Positions 39,127-48,459 of a DNA stretch of 48,459 bases are shown here, piece by piece. Location of the stretch: assembly GCA_015296025.1 (NCBI GenBank), contig DVDZ01000124.1, positions 1 to 48,459 on the forward strand. Direction: 5' to 3'. Source of the DNA: Thermosynechococcus sp. M46_R2017_013. GTDB lineage: Bacteria > Cyanobacteriota > Cyanobacteriia > Thermosynechococcales > Thermosynechococcaceae. The position numbers were made by a program, and so were the translations under genes. The number at the start of each line of letters is the position of its first letter. Position 1 is the first letter of the stretch. Below the pieces are notes generated by a model. That model saw only the letters and a program-made list of their open reading frames with translations, made no database searches and was not told where the DNA came from.

Positions 39127-40164
39127 TTAGGCCGCGATCGCCCCGGCCTGTGAGGTCATTTGCAATCGTTCAATTGTTGTATCCAACAAGACTAAACCGG
39201 CCTCTAGACTTTCAATGCGGCACAATTCACTACGCAGTTCTGCGGCATCCGCAAAGCCCTTAGCGTACCACGTCAAATGTTTACGCGCTTGGCGAATTCC
39301 CCGTTCCCCCTTGTATTCCCAGAGGGCAATGAGATGATCCCGCGCACATTGCAGACGCTCCACCACCGTTGGCGCAGGCCGCAGTTCCCCAGTTTTCAAA
39401 AAGTAATCAATTTCCCCCACCAAGAAAGGATAGCCCATTGTTCCCCGTGAGCACATCACTCCATCCGCCCCCGTTTGCTCCAAGCAGCGCACTGCCGCCT
39501 CTACGGAGAAAATATCACCATTGGCAATGACGGGAATCCCGACCCGCTCTTTTACCCGTGCAATCCACTCCCAGCGGGCGGGGCCATTAAAGCCTTGGGC
39601 GCGGGTTCGTCCATGAACGGTAATCATGGCTGCGCCGGCATCCTCCATCGCCTTGGCAAAATCAAGAATATTGATTTCTTGATCATTCCAGCCAATGCGG
39701 GTTTTGACCGTCACCGGTACAGGCACCGCTTCTGAGACAGTGCGCACAATCGTGGCCGCTAGTTTCACATCCCGCAGCAGGGAGGAACCGCCGCCGTTCT
39801 TGGTAATTTTATTCACAGGACATCCCATGTTAATGTCCACGGTATCGGCTCCTTCGGCCACTGCCTTGATGGCTGCCTCTGCCAAAAAATCTGGCCGGCA
39901 GTCAAAGAGCTGAATACTAATGGGGTGCTCATTGGCATCCACTTCCATAATCCGGGGCAATGTTTTCAGATAGTGCAACCCGGAAGCACTGACCATCTCC
40001 GTGTACATCATTGAGTGCGGGGCATAACGGCGCACCAGTCGCCGAAACACCAGGTCAGTCACTCCCGCCAACGGGGATTGAAACACCCGACTGTGCAGGG
40101 TGAGAGAACCAATCTGTAAAGGGGTTGCCACGCGAGCTTTTAGCTCAGGGGAGAGGGTTAGCAT
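39127..40164 (-). CDS. dusB: tRNA-dihydrouridine synthase B
   Basis: SPLAGVTD, TEMV, DINMGCP, VTVKTRIGW, VHGRTR and IANGDI. Confidence 0.93.
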   Translation of the reverse strand: MLTLSPELKARVATPLQIGSLTLHSRVFQSPLAGVTDLVFRRLVRRYAPHSMMYTEMVSASGLHYLKTLPRIMEVDANEHPISIQLFDCRPDFLAEAAIKAVAEGADTVDINMGCPVNKITKNGGGSSLLRDVKLAATIVRTVSEAVPVPVTVKTRIGWNDQEINILDFAKAMEDAGAAMITVHGRTRAQGFNGPARWEWIARVKERVGIPVIANGDIFSVEAAVRCLEQTGADGVMCSRGTMGYPFLVGEIDYFLKTGELRPAPTVVERLQCARDHLIALWEYKGERGIRQARKHLTWYAKGFADAAELRSELCRIESLEAGLVLLDTTIERLQMTSQAGAIAA

Positions 40165-40178
40165 CTTTGCACACAGGT

Positions 40179-41138
40179 TCAGTGGTGCCCAAGTACTTGC
40201 TCTCGATAGGCCAAATAAACCGCCTGCACATTATACCAATTCAAAAAGATGCGAGCCACTTCAAAGGCAGCTTGGGGGTGATTACTGCGAATAAGCCATT
40301 GTAGGATGGGAGCCATTGTTTTTTCATTGAGAATTCCCCCTAGGGATAAAACTGCCCAAAGGAAATAGTGAAAGGGAGTCATTTGAATCATGAGCCTGAC
40401 TTCCCAAGTGGGATGTTTTTTATAGAATAGAATGGCCATTTTTCCCCTTTCAATTTCTTTTTGAATCAGAGCCGGAACCTGATCGAGGGCAAAGGGGGGA
40501 TGCCAGTGGTAACCAACGGCCTCAGGGCATTTGAGCAATCGCAACCCCAATCGCTTTAGGCGAACCCCCAGTTCCAAATCCTCCCAACCGTAAAGTTGAA
40601 ACTGGGTGTCGAACAAACCTGCTTTTTCCAGCCAATGACGGGCGATCGCTACATTCCCTGTAGCAAAATAAGCTGCTGAAAAATCGGTAACCTTATACAG
40701 CTCTGAGGTTGGATTCTCGAAATTGCATGTATTAATGACACGGCCATAGGAAAAAGCAGGGATAGCTAAGAGATCGGCAATGCCCAAACGTTCTTTTTCC
40801 TCAAGTAGCCGTCGTAGATGTGCCTCAATAAAGCCTGCAGTGACCACCAAGTCACTATCAATAAAAATAATCCATTCTCCTTGCGCATGTTGCAGACCTA
40901 AATTGCGAGCCGCTGCTGGACCACAGTGCTCTTGTTGCAGGTACTTCAAATGGGGCAGTGAAGCAGCGGTTACCTGAAGCCATGCCAGTGTGCCATCCGT
41001 CGAGCCATCATCCACTATGATTACCTCATAGCCCTTCAGGCCAAGATCCTCTGTCCAGGTCTGTTCTGTAATTGCCTTAACACATTTTTGGAGAATGGGT
41101 AACCGATTGTAGGTTGGAATAATCACACTTAAAAACAT
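40179..41138 (-). CDS. Family 2 glycosyltransferase
   Basis: SVIIPTYNR, VDDGSTDGT, GPAAARN, FIDSD and YGWEDLELG. Confidence 0.9.
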   Translation of the reverse strand: MFLSVIIPTYNRLPILQKCVKAITEQTWTEDLGLKGYEVIIVDDGSTDGTLAWLQVTAASLPHLKYLQQEHCGPAAARNLGLQHAQGEWIIFIDSDLVVTAGFIEAHLRRLLEEKERLGIADLLAIPAFSYGRVINTCNFENPTSELYKVTDFSAAYFATGNVAIARHWLEKAGLFDTQFQLYGWEDLELGVRLKRLGLRLLKCPEAVGYHWHPPFALDQVPALIQKEIERGKMAILFYKKHPTWEVRLMIQMTPFHYFLWAVLSLGGILNEKTMAPILQWLIRSNHPQAAFEVARIFLNWYNVQAVYLAYREQVLGHH

Positions 41139-42034
41139 CAGGAAACACCTTTTACTGAAGGTGATTCAAGCTGTGTTAGAGTAAACTCTAATTCATGAGC
41201 ACACCAGCGGAACAGCCCTGCTGTTCCTAAACGCCTTTTGGCTTCAGAATCTTGATAGGTCTGTCTCAGCAATTGAGCAGCACGCCACCAAGTCCAAGGC
41301 TGAGCATTGGCTGCTTTTGCCTGCTCTGCCGACCAGCCTAGCTTTTTCTGTAATAAAGCTTGCCAATGACGATGTCGAATGCAACTGGATTGGTAAATCA
41401 TAGTTCTGCGATGAGATCGCGATCTCTGTCTGTGGTGAATCCGATACAACAGGAGGGGTTCTGGAACATTGCCCATCTTTCCGCCTACTGCCCACGCTCG
41501 CTGCCATAGGTCGTAATCTTCACAAAGAAAATCTTGAAAATATTGCAAGGAGTTGAGTATTTCTTTTTTGGCAACCACAGAAGGATTACCAAAAGGGATA
41601 CCAAATAGCAGCTCCACCTCGCAACCTTCATGGGAAATTGGATAGCGCCACAGTCCTCGCCCCCGCCCGGTGAGGGTAAGAAATGTTCCACAAATATCCA
41701 ATTGATATTGGTGAATCCACTTTAATTGTTTCTCCAGACGTTCAGGGTGGGCAATGTCATCCCCGTCCATGCGGGCAATATAGTCTCCCTTTGCCTGGGT
41801 AAGAAGTTCGTGGAGTGTCGGCACTAACCCTCGGTGGTCACGACTTAGAAACATCACCTTGGGGTTGCCTTGAATATGAGCAACAATCACCTCCGCAGAG
41901 CCATCCGTTGAGCCATCATCCAGAATCAAAAGTTCAAAATCTTGGTAGGTTTGCTGAAGAATTGATTGAATAGCTGCTCCGATGTATTGAGCTTGATTAT
42001 AAACTGGCAAAATTACCGAGACTGCGGGGGTCAT
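41138..42034 (-). CDS. Family 2 glycosyltransferase
   Basis: SVILPVYN, DDGSTDGS, ARMDGDD and EDYDLW; stop overlaps the next start. Confidence 0.9.
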   Translation of the reverse strand: MTPAVSVILPVYNQAQYIGAAIQSILQQTYQDFELLILDDGSTDGSAEVIVAHIQGNPKVMFLSRDHRGLVPTLHELLTQAKGDYIARMDGDDIAHPERLEKQLKWIHQYQLDICGTFLTLTGRGRGLWRYPISHEGCEVELLFGIPFGNPSVVAKKEILNSLQYFQDFLCEDYDLWQRAWAVGGKMGNVPEPLLLYRIHHRQRSRSHRRTMIYQSSCIRHRHWQALLQKKLGWSAEQAKAANAQPWTWWRAAQLLRQTYQDSEAKRRLGTAGLFRWCAHELEFTLTQLESPSVKGVS

Positions 42035-42038
42035 TAGA

Positions 42039-42923
42039 CTACATCCTTAACCAAGTGTTGGGAATCAAATCCTCAGTGTTCTTGCCTTTAATGGTAAACC
42101 ACTGCTGAGGAGCAATGACTATCTTGCTGGGAGAAGAGCATAGCCAAGCCCCCCACCAACTAAAGGTACTGTTGGCAAGGATATGGTGTTTACAAGCACT
42201 CATGAGTCGCAGGTCGTTATAACTTTCGCGGTCACGATTGTGCTCTACAAAGTAATGAGAAAACGGGAGGCGGAGGTGTTCCTTTGCCCAAGCAATTTCA
42301 TCGGAGAAGATAAAAAAAGTCGGCTCCTCAAGTTGCTCTGTCAAGTATTTAATTGCCCTGTGGTAATAGCTCAAGGGTAACAGGCCATGCACGTGCCGCG
42401 TTACTTTTTCTAAAGCGTAGTCACCACGGCGGATGTGGATGCTTACGGCATTACAGGCTTTAATTCTTGCGAGCCAATCTTGATTTACTTTAGAAAGGGG
42501 CTGGCAAAAAGTAAAGTCCTGGCGCAGGGTCGCGGCAATTTCTTGAAAATATCTTTCTGACTGCCAGTAGCCAACAAGGTAGGCTTTGTCAGGAATCTCC
42601 CAAATTTGTGGCCAGTAATGAAAATGGGGTTCGACAATTAGTTGTGGACATAGAAAACGGCGGATGGCAGACTGCTGTTGGGCAAGTCCTCCCATCCCTG
42701 GCAGGGCACACCACCCCAACACTGATCGAAGATGGGCAGCAGTCGCAATTTCGCCAGCACAATTGAAAATGCGCTTTAGCTCAAATCCCTGATGCTTTTT
42801 ATAGGTTCTGTAAGCAGAAATATCCAGATACAGAGGAACTTTCTTGCGAATTGCCAGCGACCTTGCCACAGCATACTGAAACATTTGGTTGCCTAGACCG
42901 CCGATGATTTGGGTAATGATCAT
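42039..42923 (-). CDS. Alpha-1,2-fucosyltransferase (GT11)
   Basis: GGLGNQMFQYA, GYWQSERYF, HIRRGDY, FSD and ANSTFSWWGAWL. Confidence 0.92.
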   Translation of the reverse strand: MIITQIIGGLGNQMFQYAVARSLAIRKKVPLYLDISAYRTYKKHQGFELKRIFNCAGEIATAAHLRSVLGWCALPGMGGLAQQQSAIRRFLCPQLIVEPHFHYWPQIWEIPDKAYLVGYWQSERYFQEIAATLRQDFTFCQPLSKVNQDWLARIKACNAVSIHIRRGDYALEKVTRHVHGLLPLSYYHRAIKYLTEQLEEPTFFIFSDEIAWAKEHLRLPFSHYFVEHNRDRESYNDLRLMSACKHHILANSTFSWWGAWLCSSPSKIVIAPQQWFTIKGKNTEDLIPNTWLRM

Positions 42924-42962
42924 TTCCCTACTCCACGATCACCACCGAAGTTAGGTTCAGAC

Positions 42963-43715
42963 TCAGTTCAGGGAAAGTGCAACTTGCCAGAGTCCCATGG
43001 CCACAAGTGCTCCCACGGTGGTGTTAATGATGTTGGCAACCTCGTTGCTTAACCAAGGATGGCGATCTTGTAGTGTAGCACCAACAACACTCTCAACTAG
43101 GTTGGCCAAAAAGGCAGCAAAAAGACAAATGGGGATGGCGATCGCCCCCATCAAGCCCACACTCCAGCCTAGCACAGCCATCACGGTGGCACCCACAATA
43201 CCCGCCAACGTTCCCTCTAAACTGACGGCGCCCTCTGTCCCTCGCGGCACGGGTTTTAAGGTGGTGATGAGAAAGGTGCGCTGGCCATAGGCTTTACCCA
43301 CTTCACTGGCACAGGTATCTGACAGCTTAGTGCTAAAACTGGCTACAAACCCCACCCCAAATAACTCCCGCCATTGGGGAAACAAAAGAATAAGGAGTGC
43401 ACAGACGGTGCCTGTGAAGGCTGACCCCCAGACGTTTTCCGGTCCCCTTGCCCCTGAGCGTTTTTCAGCAATGCCTGCGGCCTCTTTTTCGGCCATGCCG
43501 ATGTGGGTGACGGCTGAACCAACTAGGAAATAGACCATGACAATGAGATAGCCCTGCCAGCCCAATGTGCCCCAAATCAGCACCCCCAAAAGCCACGCAT
43601 GGAAGAGTCCTGCTAGGGTGAGTAATTTTTGCTGCGTCAAGAGGGCGATCGCCCCAAGAACGGTGTTGAGCAACACCCCTATCCACCAAGGGTTGAGGGC
43701 AAGGATTCCATCCAT
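42963..43715 (-). CDS. DUF92/TIGR00297 membrane protein
   Basis: K...GIAEKRSGARGPENVWGS, KLSDTCASEVG, GTEGAVSLEGT and ESVVGATLQ. Confidence 0.88.
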   Translation of the reverse strand: MDGILALNPWWIGVLLNTVLGAIALLTQQKLLTLAGLFHAWLLGVLIWGTLGWQGYLIVMVYFLVGSAVTHIGMAEKEAAGIAEKRSGARGPENVWGSAFTGTVCALLILLFPQWRELFGVGFVASFSTKLSDTCASEVGKAYGQRTFLITTLKPVPRGTEGAVSLEGTLAGIVGATVMAVLGWSVGLMGAIAIPICLFAAFLANLVESVVGATLQDRHPWLSNEVANIINTTVGALVAMGLWQVALSLN

Positions 43716-43779
43716 GAGAACCGCACTCCGACTGTACAGGCAGCACCTTATTATACTTTTCAGACATAGAGGCTGGATA

Positions 43780-44621
43780 ATGATTACTTGGCTACTGGAG
43801 CCACTGCAGCACCCATTTATGGTCAAGGCGCTGGGGGTAAGTACCTTGTGGGCTGTGTGTGTGCCGTATTGTCCTGTTTTTTAACCCTGAAGGGCTGGGC
43901 CTTGATGGGAGATGCTGTATCCCATGCGGTGCTCCCCGGTGTGGTTTTGGCCTACTGGCTGGGGTTGCCTTTTGCCCTAGGTGCTTTTGTCTTTGGTCTG
44001 ATGGCAGTTACCCTTATCGGATTTATTCAGCAGCAAACGCGAGTTAGGGAGGACACAGTCATCGGTTTAGTCTTCACCGGCTTTTTTGCCTTGGGGCTGG
44101 TGTGGCTCTCGAAAACTGCCAGCAGCGTTGACCTCATGCATATCCTCTTCGGAAATGTTTTAGGGATGAGCGATCGCGACCTCTGGCAAACCGTGATTGT
44201 GAGCCTCGTTACACTGATTACGATTGTCCTGCGGCATCGAGATTTCATCCTCTTTTGCTTTGACCCCACCCATGCCCGCACCATTGGCCTGAATACGACG
44301 CTGCTATACTATCTCCTTTTGGCTCTTTTGTCCTTAACCACTGTAGCTGCCCTGCAAACCGTAGGCATCATTCTTGTCGTAGCGATGCTGATTACACCGG
44401 GGGCAACCGCCTATTTGCTAAGCGATCGCTTTGGCGTGATGGTGCTCATTGCCCTTGGGGTAGGCGGCCTCGGCAGTTTACTGGGAACCTATATTAGTTA
44501 CTATCTAGATGCGTCGACGGGCGGCTGTATTGTTGTCCTGCAAACAGTAATTTTTTTGCTGGCAATGATTTTTGCTCCGAAGCACGGTCTTTTGGCCAAA
44601 GCCCGCTCTCCTCTGAGTTAG
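43780..44621 (+). CDS. Mn/Zn/Fe ABC transporter permease, MntB/ZnuB-like (frameshifted as assembled near 43843-43848)
   Basis: MITWLLEPLQHPFMVKAL is in one frame and VCAVLSCFLTLKGWALMGDAVSHAVLPG ... LFGNVLG ... FDP in another. One added base joins them. Confidence 0.85.
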
Positions 44622-44695
44622 GTTCACGGATTATCTTTGTGGGGTATTGCCGATGCCTTTGCTAGAGTTCATGATATAGTTGCCCCATATTTATC

Positions 44696-45955
44696 ATGGG
44701 TGAAGACAGTTGCGTTATGGAGTCAGATCAACAGTGGCCTACAGAACATGTTCCCTCTGAAGCCTCCACCTCCTTTGTTCAGAGAGAGGTAGGCATTGCA
44801 TCTGACGACCATGGTCATGGCGCACCAACCGATGTGTTAAGGAGTTATGACAGCTTGGTGGAAACTTCAGCAGCGCGCATCAAAGTGATTGGTGTCGGTG
44901 GTGGCGGTGGCAATGCAGTAAACCGCATGATTGCCAGTAATGTCGCTGGTGTTGAATTTTGGTGCGTCAATACTGATGCGCAGGCGCTCGCTCAATCCCA
45001 AGCCCACCGCTGTTTACAAATTGGCCAAAAACTCACCCGTGGTCTTGGCGCCGGTGGCAATCCTGCCATTGGTCAAAAAGCGGCTGAAGAATCCCGTGAA
45101 GACCTTGCTGCGGCGCTCAAAGACGCCGATTTGATCTTCATTACCTGTGGCATGGGTGGCGGTACCGGCACCGGCGCTGCGCCAATTGTGGCGGAAGTGG
45201 CCAAGGAACAGGGCGCCCTAACCGTTGCAGTCGTAACCCGCCCCTTTACGTTTGAGGGTCGTCGGCGCGCTAGTCAAGCCGATGAAGGGATCGAAGCCCT
45301 GCAAAGCCGTGTTGATACTCTAATTGTGATCCCCAATGACAAGATTCTCTCAGTGATTTCAGAGCAAACATCGGTTCAGGATGCGTTTCGAGTTGCCGAT
45401 GATGTGCTGCGCCAAGGGGTTCAGGGGATCTCCGATATTATTAACTTGCCAGGACTGATTAACGTCGATTTCGCCGATATTCGTTCGGTGATGGCTGATG
45501 CCGGTTCTGCCATGATGGGCATTGGAATTGCCTCTGGCAAGTCACGAGCCACTGAGGCCGCTGTCAGTGCAATTTCTTCACCCCTACTGGAGGGGTCTAT
45601 TGAGGGTGCCAAGGGCGTTGTCTTTAACATTACGGGGGGCACAGATCTCACCCTCCATGAGGTCAATGCTGCTGCAGAGGTCATTTACAATGTGGCCGAT
45701 GCCAACGCCAATATCATCTTTGGTGCTGTGATTGATCCTCAAATGCAAGGGGAAGTTCAAGTCACTGTTATTGCCACCGGGTTTAGTGGTGAACCCATGA
45801 GCCGCACCCGTGCCACAACCAAAACAACACCCCTAACGAACCGGCCCCTAACAACGCCACCTCCTCCTGAAGCGCCTGTGCCCCAACCAGAGGTTGAAGC
45901 CAAACCCAAGCTGGATATTCCGGAGTTTCTCCAGCGACGGCGACCCAACCCCTAG
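44696..45955 (+). CDS. ftsZ: Cell division protein FtsZ (alternative start 44717)
   Basis: [30 protein letters not shown] and C-terminal [10 protein letters not shown]. Confidence 0.98.
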   Translation: MGEDSCVMESDQQWPTEHVPSEASTSFVQREVGIASDDHGHGAPTDVLRSYDSLVETSAARIKVIGVGGGGGNAVNRMIASNVAGVEFWCVNTDAQALAQSQAHRCLQIGQKLTRGLGAGGNPAIGQKAAEESREDLAAALKDADLIFITCGMGGGTGTGAAPIVAEVAKEQGALTVAVVTRPFTFEGRRRASQADEGIEALQSRVDTLIVIPNDKILSVISEQTSVQDAFRVADDVLRQGVQGISDIINLPGLINVDFADIRSVMADAGSAMMGIGIASGKSRATEAAVSAISSPLLEGSIEGAKGVVFNITGGTDLTLHEVNAAAEVIYNVADANANIIFGAVIDPQMQGEVQVTVIATGFSGEPMSRTRATTKTTPLTNRPLTTPPPPEAPVPQPEVEAKPKLDIPEFLQRRRPNP

Positions 45956-45998
45956 CTACTGTCTCTAACCCATCTCTCAAAGGGGATAGTAAGTCACT

Positions 45999-46865
45999 TC
46001 AAAGACCTAATTCGCGGGCGATCGCCATTAACCCCTCGCGGTAGGAAGGATAGCAGAGTTGAACCCCTAAAACTTTCTTGATTTTCTCATTGCGGACTCG
46101 GCGGGATTCGCGCCAGAAGGACTGAGCCATTGGACTTAAATGGGCTGCCTCTAAGGGAATGGCTGGTGGGGCTGGGCGACCCAAAAGACGATAGGCCTCG
46201 AGGAGCACAGGGAGTGACTCTGAAGGTTGATCATCACTGAGGTTATAAATTTCCTGCGGAGTCGGCTGGGCGAGCGAGCGTTCGAGGGTTTGGACAATAT
46301 CCGCCACATGAATACGGCAAAAGTAGTGTCCCGGTTTGTCAATGAGTTGGACATCACCCTTGAGAATACGAGCGAGGGGATTGCGCCCTTCGCCGGGGCC
46401 ATAGATGCCGGCAAGTCGAAAGATATGGGTGGGCAAATTCGAGTGGAGAAAGGTTTGCTCAATTCTGACGCGGTGTTGTGAACGCAAATTTTGGGGATTG
46501 ACCGGCGTGGTTTCATCCACCCAATCCCCTTGGCGATCGCCATAGACCCCTGTTGTCGAAAGGTAGCCAAACCAGTGCAGATTGAGTTTCTCTAACTGTG
46601 GCAACAGTGTTAGCGCAACCACATCCTCCCCCTGGCGATCCGGAGGAATACTGTGGAGGATGTGAGTGACTCCCTCAAGGGCAGTCGCAGCTAAGGGGAC
46701 TTGCTTCCCCTGCGGCTCCCATGCAAAGGGAAAACAGGGAACAGTGCTGAGTTCTAGTGGCGGCTCTCCCCGGCGATTGGTGATGACCACATCAATGCCT
46801 TGGGCTTGGAGCGATCGCGCCAACCACGTTCCCGTATAGCCGCAACCGAGAATGAGAACCCGCAT
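45999..46865 (-). CDS. NAD-dependent epimerase/SDR family protein
   Basis: ILGCGYTG, YLSTTGVYGD, FRLAGIYGPG and RIHVADI. Confidence 0.88.
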   Translation of the reverse strand: MRVLILGCGYTGTWLARSLQAQGIDVVITNRRGEPPLELSTVPCFPFAWEPQGKQVPLAATALEGVTHILHSIPPDRQGEDVVALTLLPQLEKLNLHWFGYLSTTGVYGDRQGDWVDETTPVNPQNLRSQHRVRIEQTFLHSNLPTHIFRLAGIYGPGEGRNPLARILKGDVQLIDKPGHYFCRIHVADIVQTLERSLAQPTPQEIYNLSDDQPSESLPVLLEAYRLLGRPAPPAIPLEAAHLSPMAQSFWRESRRVRNEKIKKVLGVQLCYPSYREGLMAIARELGL

Positions 46866-46871
46866 TGTACT

Positions 46872-47705
46872 CTAGTCTTGGGAAGAGGCTGCCGCCGCAT
46901 CTACCAAACGCACCTTTGTAGCCAAACCCAGCACTTGCAAGAAGCGAATGGTGAGCCACGTTAGATCCAATTCCCACCACTGTAAACCATGGCGTGCCGA
47001 ATATTGATAAGCATGGTGGTTATTATGCCACCCCTCGCCAAAGGTTAACAGGGCAACCCACCAGCAATTCATTGAGTGATCCGTGGTTTCAAACGTGCGA
47101 TAGCCAAAGGTATGGGTGGCACTATTGACCAGCCAAGTGGTGTGATAGACCGTTACAAGGCGCACAAAAATGCCCCAAATCACAAATGGCCAGCCACCCC
47201 AAAGGTAAAGGACAATGGCCAAGACCACTTGAATCGGCAAAAAGTACTTGTCAAGAAACTGATACACAGGATCATCGGCAATATCTTTAGTGAAACGGGG
47301 AATCTCAGCCTCCGCTGGCACCTCACGAAACATCCATTCAATATGACTCCACCAAAAGCCCTTACGGGAATCGTGGTGATCATTCGGTTGATCCGAGTAC
47401 AGATGGTGATGGCGATGCAGTCCAACCCACCAAATCGGCCCCCCTTGCATTGAGAGTGTGCCACAAAAAACCAAGAAATACTCTAACCATTTGGGCACTT
47501 GGAAACTGCGATGACTGACAAGACGGTGCCAGCCCAAGGTAATACCAATGCCGGCAGTCAACCAGTGAAGCATAAGCGCCAGCAGGACTGCCTTCCAGCT
47601 AAACATACTGGGTAAAAAAGCAAAGAGGGCACCGAGGTGAACAAAAATAATAAAGGTCGCCGTAGGCCAGGCAATGGGGGGTTTGGCAACGGTGGCTTGG
47701 GTCAT
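46872..47705 (-). CDS. desC: Delta-9 acyl-lipid desaturase
   Basis: His boxes HRLVSH, HRHHH and GEGWHNNHH. Confidence 0.92.
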   Translation of the reverse strand: MTQATVAKPPIAWPTATFIIFVHLGALFAFLPSMFSWKAVLLALMLHWLTAGIGITLGWHRLVSHRSFQVPKWLEYFLVFCGTLSMQGGPIWWVGLHRHHHLYSDQPNDHHDSRKGFWWSHIEWMFREVPAEAEIPRFTKDIADDPVYQFLDKYFLPIQVVLAIVLYLWGGWPFVIWGIFVRLVTVYHTTWLVNSATHTFGYRTFETTDHSMNCWWVALLTFGEGWHNNHHAYQYSARHGLQWWELDLTWLTIRFLQVLGLATKVRLVDAAAASSQD

Positions 47706-48012
47706 GAACACATCCGTAAAACAACTGAGTAGGCTGCTGTTCTCTCTAGGCTGAGCTTGAACAACAATCACCAGAATTTAGTATAACGAGCTATGGTTGA
47801 GTATCTTTACTTAGCGTGTTTTTCCCACAACGCATAATTCAGCAATCCCCGCCGGTGGGGGAAGTCTTTGGGGAGAGTGTCCTCAAAAATATTAGGCAGG
47901 ATACCCAATAGCCGGCTGATTATTTCGTTTTCTGTGGCTTTGTAACGAAATGTTGCATTTTCTCAGATTAATCCCTAGGATATAGGGTAAGGTGTGGTAG
48001 TTATTAGGAATT

Positions 48013-48210
48013 ATGAAAACGCCACGTTGGACACGACTCATTGACTTCCTACAGCGCGAGATGGCACTGCCCACCGCTGCCATTGACTTTGGCCTCAAGC
48101 ACTGCAATAAGCAGGTGAACTTGTTACCCGTTGTTCTCTGGCAGTATGGCTTGGTCAGCCTCGAACAACTTGACCGTATCTTCGACTGGCTAGAAACTAC
48201 TCAGTCCTAG
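48013..48210 (+). CDS. DUF2949-family small protein
   Basis: LIDFLQREMALPTAAI ... LPVVLWQYGLVSLEQLDRIFDWLE. Confidence 0.82.
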   Translation: MKTPRWTRLIDFLQREMALPTAAIDFGLKHCNKQVNLLPVVLWQYGLVSLEQLDRIFDWLETTQS

Positions 48211-48459
48211 TGGCGCTCTCAGAATTCTTTTATCAAGACTTAATGAATCACTGTTTCCTTAGCAACAAAGTCATAGCTCTAGGAAATTCCTAACTGCTGA
48301 GGCAAAAGGATTGGACTCTGCCACCCCACGGGTTGAATTGACAACAGGGGGGAAGGAGTTTTGAATGTTCCCCAGAGATAAACTTTCTTACCCAGTAGTT
48401 CAGGGGGAACTGTAATTTTGTAATTACAACCATTATTACCAGTAGATGACAGAGGAGCG

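Larger units (their letters stand above)
265..46818. repeat. Dispersed HIP1 octamer GCGATCGC (many copies)
   Basis: Examples at 265, 722, 3061, 24139, 27323, 40642 and 46811. HIP1 enrichment is a hallmark of cyanobacterial genomes. Confidence 0.92.

Noticed and set aside
47846-47862. GC hairpin upstream of desC as an RNA thermometer
   Set aside because: It lies upstream of the likely -10 box (TATACT, 47780-47785, minus strand), so it is probably not in the transcript, and it is far from the ribosome-binding site.
1-48459. CRISPR arrays, rRNA, tRNA, transposases or prophage genes
   Set aside because: I recognised no regularly spaced repeats, cloverleaf or rRNA signatures, or transposase, integrase or phage motifs. 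Short or divergent RNAs could have been missed by eye.

Overview
This window is a 48.5-kb stretch of a thermophilic cyanobacterial chromosome, very likely Thermosynechococcus. The evidence is dense HIP1 GCGATCGC octamers, apcABC, petCA, ccmK, desC and scattered non-operonic housekeeping genes. It is mostly core genome: mfd, tatC, apcABC, petCA, mnmE, tpiA, mltA, mraY, metK, a thrC-like gene with moaD, rsgA, pflB, dusB, a GT2-GT2-GT11 cluster, ftsZ and desC. The most notable element is a compact four-gene + strand operon at 24619-27109: a stand-alone sensor globin, a roadblock/LC7 (MglB-like) protein, an MglA/CvnD-like small GTPase and a DUF4388/PATAN-type protein. It looks like a haem/gas-gated small-GTPase switch and sits directly behind a decayed urease gamma (ureA) pseudogene. 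Other points of interest are an Rrf2/IscR-like box on a near-consensus promoter of the thrC-like/MoaD pair, a transglutaminase lacking its catalytic Cys and His, and a candidate 32-aa membrane protein. Four genes (rfbD, mraY, pflB and an mntB-like permease) are each broken by a single-base indel. Because mraY is essential, these are most simply read as sequencing or assembly errors. I recognised no rRNA, tRNA, CRISPR array or transposase. All family assignments come from motif recognition by eye, not from database searches.
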